In this document: positions 61,392 to 64,000 of the stretch, in pieces
Layout of the letters: each line of letters begins with the position of its first letter
Numbering within the stretch: position 1 is the stretch's first letter
Source: Clostridia bacterium
GTDB taxonomy: Bacteria > Bacillota > Clostridia > Oscillospirales > CAG-272
Reading direction: 5' to 3'
NCBI GenBank assembly: GCA_017504995.1
Contig: JAFVQC010000028.1
Span: 707 to 64,706 of the forward strand
DNA length: 64,000 bases
Position numbers and translations under genes: made by a program
The notes under the pieces: generated by a model
What the model saw: only the letters and a program-made list of their open reading frames with translations
Database searches by the model: none
What the model was told of the DNA's origin: nothing

Positions 61392-61793
61392 TTATTCTAC
61401 CAGCGCCAACATCTCCCTCGCATATCCGATAATCTCTTGAAGCAACGGGAAACAAAGCAAAAGAATGGCGAGCTTGCCTGCCATCTCCACCCCCGTGGCG
61501 ATCATGCCTTCTCCGCACTCACGGCAAATATCGGCGCAAATGCGGCACAAAAACGCCAGCCCCAGCGCGCGAAGCATCACTTCCGCGTAAAGATACGCTT
61601 CCCGATTTTCTACCAAAAGCCCCGTCTGCTCCAAGACATCTCCAAGCAAGGGCAGAAAAAGCGAAAAAATCAGAACACCGCCGCCCAGCCGAAGCAGTCC
61701 GCCAAGCTCACCCTTGATCTGCCGAAGCAGGACCCCTGCGATCGCGCAAAGAATGGCGACCCCGCAGATCCGCCCAAGCGCCCCCGCCATCAA
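61392..61793 (-). CDS. spoIIIAD: Stage III sporulation protein AD
   Basis: ADICRECGEGMIATGVEMAGKLAIL. Confidence 0.87.
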   Translation of the reverse strand: MMAGALGRICGVAILCAIAGVLLRQIKGELGGLLRLGGGVLIFSLFLPLLGDVLEQTGLLVENREAYLYAEVMLRALGLAFLCRICADICRECGEGMIATGVEMAGKLAILLLCFPLLQEIIGYAREMLALVE

Positions 61794-61984
61794 AATCCAA
61801 ACACCGACTGTACGGTTTCAAACAACGCGCCGATCTCTCCCACCAGCATCAGCATCACCACGATGATGCCTGCCAAGGTCACCAGCATCGCCTGCTCGTC
61901 TCTCCCCGATTTGTTGAGAATTGACGACGAAACCGACACCAATATTCCCACGCCCGCGATCTTTAAAATCAATCCCACATCCAT
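61790..61984 (-). CDS. spoIIIAC: Stage III sporulation protein AC
   Basis: MDVGLILKIAGVGILV...SGRDEQAMLVTLAG. Confidence 0.93.
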   Translation of the reverse strand: MDVGLILKIAGVGILVSVSSSILNKSGRDEQAMLVTLAGIIVVMLMLVGEIGALFETVQSVFGF

Positions 61985-62087
61985 ATTTTCCGCCCTCTTG
62001 CTTCTCTTTTTTTGTGACGATTTTTTATATTCGACAAATTTTTCTGTTTTTTGACGATTTTTTATATTAAAATAATTGATATACAAT

Positions 62088-62564
62088 TTACAAAAACAAT
62101 ATTATGACAGCAATAACAATCGAAATGCACAACGTAGAGCGAAGCTTTCTTTGAATCGGCACCTGTTTTTTCAGAGATTCCTTGTGTTCATTTAACATCG
62201 AAAAATAATATTCACAGCTGTGAAGCTGCTCGTCCCGATATCCCTTTCCAAAATCCTCCGAAAAGCCTCCGAGAATTCGCTCGGTTTCGGCATCCAGTCC
62301 GTCACATTTCGCAAGAAGCTCCTCAAACTGTTCGGGAACGCGCTCACCCACATAACCGCATCTTCGCAAAAGTTTCTCGTCGCATTGCTTCAATATCGTA
62401 GGCGCAGGCAAAGAAAAGCACTCCACCCGAAGCTTCACGAATCGCAAAAAAGACAGCCACGCCTCCGCGCGCTCCAGCGCAACGGAAGAACGAAGGTTCA
62501 ACCGATACGCCACGCCGATACCGCTACCCACCAAAATCAGCACACCAAGCAGTCTGAATATCAC
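62088..62564 (-). CDS. spoIIIAB: Stage III sporulation protein AB
   Basis: N- and C-terminal TMs, FGKGYRDEQL; operon position. Confidence 0.78.
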   Translation of the reverse strand: MIFRLLGVLILVGSGIGVAYRLNLRSSVALERAEAWLSFLRFVKLRVECFSLPAPTILKQCDEKLLRRCGYVGERVPEQFEELLAKCDGLDAETERILGGFSEDFGKGYRDEQLHSCEYYFSMLNEHKESLKKQVPIQRKLRSTLCISIVIAVIILFL

Positions 62565-63492
62565 GCTCCGCCTCCTCCCACTTCGTTACCGTATAATGAA
62601 ATTCTCCGCCTTCCCTCCTGCGGCGAATGCCCACGTAAGCGCCAAATACCCCCGCCTCGTGCAAACGGCGAATGCCCGTCCGTTGAAGCAGCCCCGAAAC
62701 GCTGTCGGCATGGGCGGAGGCAACGAAGGGTACGCCGCAATTTTGCGCGGCAAGGATCGCCTCCGCCTCCCCTGTCTCACCGATCTCGTCACAAACGATC
62801 AGCTGGGCGTTCATGGTGCGGGTGGCGATCTCAATACCAAGCCCCCGCGGATATCCCGTCAGCAGATCGATACACAGCGTCCGATCCTCCAAAAACGCGC
62901 CAAGCTCGCCCCTTGTGTCGATCACCGCCACGCGAACGGGGGACTGTCCCGACGCCATTTGAGCCGCCACACACCGAAGCAAGGTAGTTTTCCCTTCCCC
63001 CGGCGGCGCGTAGATCAAAACGCCTCTCCCCATATTCTGTTCTCGAAAAAGCTTGCAGATGGGTTCGCCCAAACCCGTGATCTTCATGGGGAAACGAAAA
63101 TTCAACGCGCTCAGGTCATATACGCCGATCACCCGTCCATCCTCGGTTGCCGCCCTGCCGCAAAGCCCTACGCGGATTCCACCCTCCATTGTCAAATACC
63201 CCGAGGCGATGGAATCGCGATGGGCATACAGCGAGCCTTGACAAAGCTCCACGAGAATCCCGTCCATTTCGGCTTGATCCAAAACGGTATTCAAAACAAT
63301 ATTTTGCCCTCGCGCCGTCAAGGACGCGGCGCGGTCACGCCGCAACCGAAGCTCCTCGATCCTTCCGAAGGTTCTAAGACGTTGCAGTTCCTCGATGAGC
63401 CTCTTCGGCAACAGCGCAAGCACCGACGGCGGAAGCTTGTCAATCGCCCCCGCGAAGCTCCTTGTCCCATAGATCACCGTCGCCACACTCAT
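62524..63492 (-). CDS. spoIIIAA: Stage III sporulation ATPase AA
   Basis: EELRLR, SLYA, GGIRVGLCG, PPGEGKTTLLR, DEIG, SAHA. Confidence 0.92.
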   Translation of the reverse strand: MSVATVIYGTRSFAGAIDKLPPSVLALLPKRLIEELQRLRTFGRIEELRLRRDRAASLTARGQNIVLNTVLDQAEMDGILVELCQGSLYAHRDSIASGYLTMEGGIRVGLCGRAATEDGRVIGVYDLSALNFRFPMKITGLGEPICKLFREQNMGRGVLIYAPPGEGKTTLLRCVAAQMASGQSPVRVAVIDTRGELGAFLEDRTLCIDLLTGYPRGLGIEIATRTMNAQLIVCDEIGETGEAEAILAAQNCGVPFVASAHADSVSGLLQRTGIRRLHEAGVFGAYVGIRRRREGGEFHYTVTKWEEAERDIQTAWCADFGG

Positions 63493-63513
63493 CCCCCCTT
63501 TTTCATTCTCTAC

Positions 63514-63542
63514 ATCCTATGCGAATCTCCCTTGAGATATGA
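63514..63542 (-). promoter_or_regulatory. Sigma-E-like promoter of spoIIIA
   Basis: TCATAT-15 nt-CATAGGAT on the minus strand. Confidence 0.6.
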
Positions 63543-63755
63543 CCGAAGAAGCCGTTTTCCCCACGCAAAAACCTACGACATTTGCCCCCGAAAGACCTAC
63601 GACATTTTTCATGCAAAATCACCATAATTTTCTCCACAGTTCATGATTTGTTCACGGTTTTTTAATAATATATTGTTGTATAAAAATCATATATATGGTA
63701 GAATAAAGTATCATGGATAACAATATGTAGGGTTAGATTCATTTAGGAGGTATCT

Positions 63756-64000
63756 ATGCTTAATAAAAACAATATGCGTCCCGCCATGGCAGGCGCGGCG
63801 CCGTCCTACGGCGGCAACGTTGCCCACAGACAGAACGATTCGCTGAATTATCAAATGGGAACCAGCGAAGCGGAGGACTTTGGCGCATTCCATTCTTTTT
63901 CGGAGAAAGAGGAACCCAGACGCCCCGCAAAGCGTCCCACCCCCAAGAAAGCGCCGGATAAAAAGGCGATTCTCATCGGTGTGATCGCCGCCGTCGTTTT
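63756..64000 (+). CDS. Partial hypothetical membrane-anchored protein (runs off window)
   Basis: AGGAGG RBS, open frame MLNKNNMRPAM...KKAILIGVIAAVV to the window end. Confidence 0.65.
   Translation, partial: MLNKNNMRPAMAGAAPSYGGNVAHRQNDSLNYQMGTSEAEDFGAFHSFSEKEEPRRPAKRPTPKKAPDKKAILIGVIAAVV

Overview
Chromosomal window from a spore-forming Clostridia-type (Bacillota) bacterium, mostly housekeeping. It starts with the tail of a mobilisable integrative element (oriT-like inverted repeats, MobV/Pre relaxase, stand-alone DUF4368 ORF). Next come degV, a copper chaperone, tyrS, cysK, two tandem CNNM/HlyC genes, an M16 peptidase pair, lgt, folD, nrdR, dusB, mrp and a lone T-box-controlled trpB. These are followed by argGHCJBDF, an ilvBNC-coaX-panT-ilvD-leuACDB-ilvE cluster (Leu T-box), ilvA-ridA (Ile T-box) and a Shango-like TerB/ATPase/Lhr-helicase operon. 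The right end holds gpmI, a secreted protein, a decayed island at tRNA-Ser(CGA), a TetR-ABC exporter and the spoIIIAA-AH operon. Five signals stand out. (1) Two RAYT-like HUH transposase genes each carry their own perfect inverted GTAG-REP pair inside the coding sequence, bracketing the HUH codons; they share a conserved leader and sit in terminators between convergent genes, one with a 36-bp duplication. (2) A candidate structured cis-regulatory RNA lies ahead of the pantothenate-type ECF S component. (3) An unannotated 46-aa YxxPxL-leader micropeptide is coupled to the secreted protein. (4) A structured mini-element ends in a tRNA-like 3' end. (5) A TrpL-like uORF lies behind the trpB T-box. 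All calls are by eye; no database searches were run.
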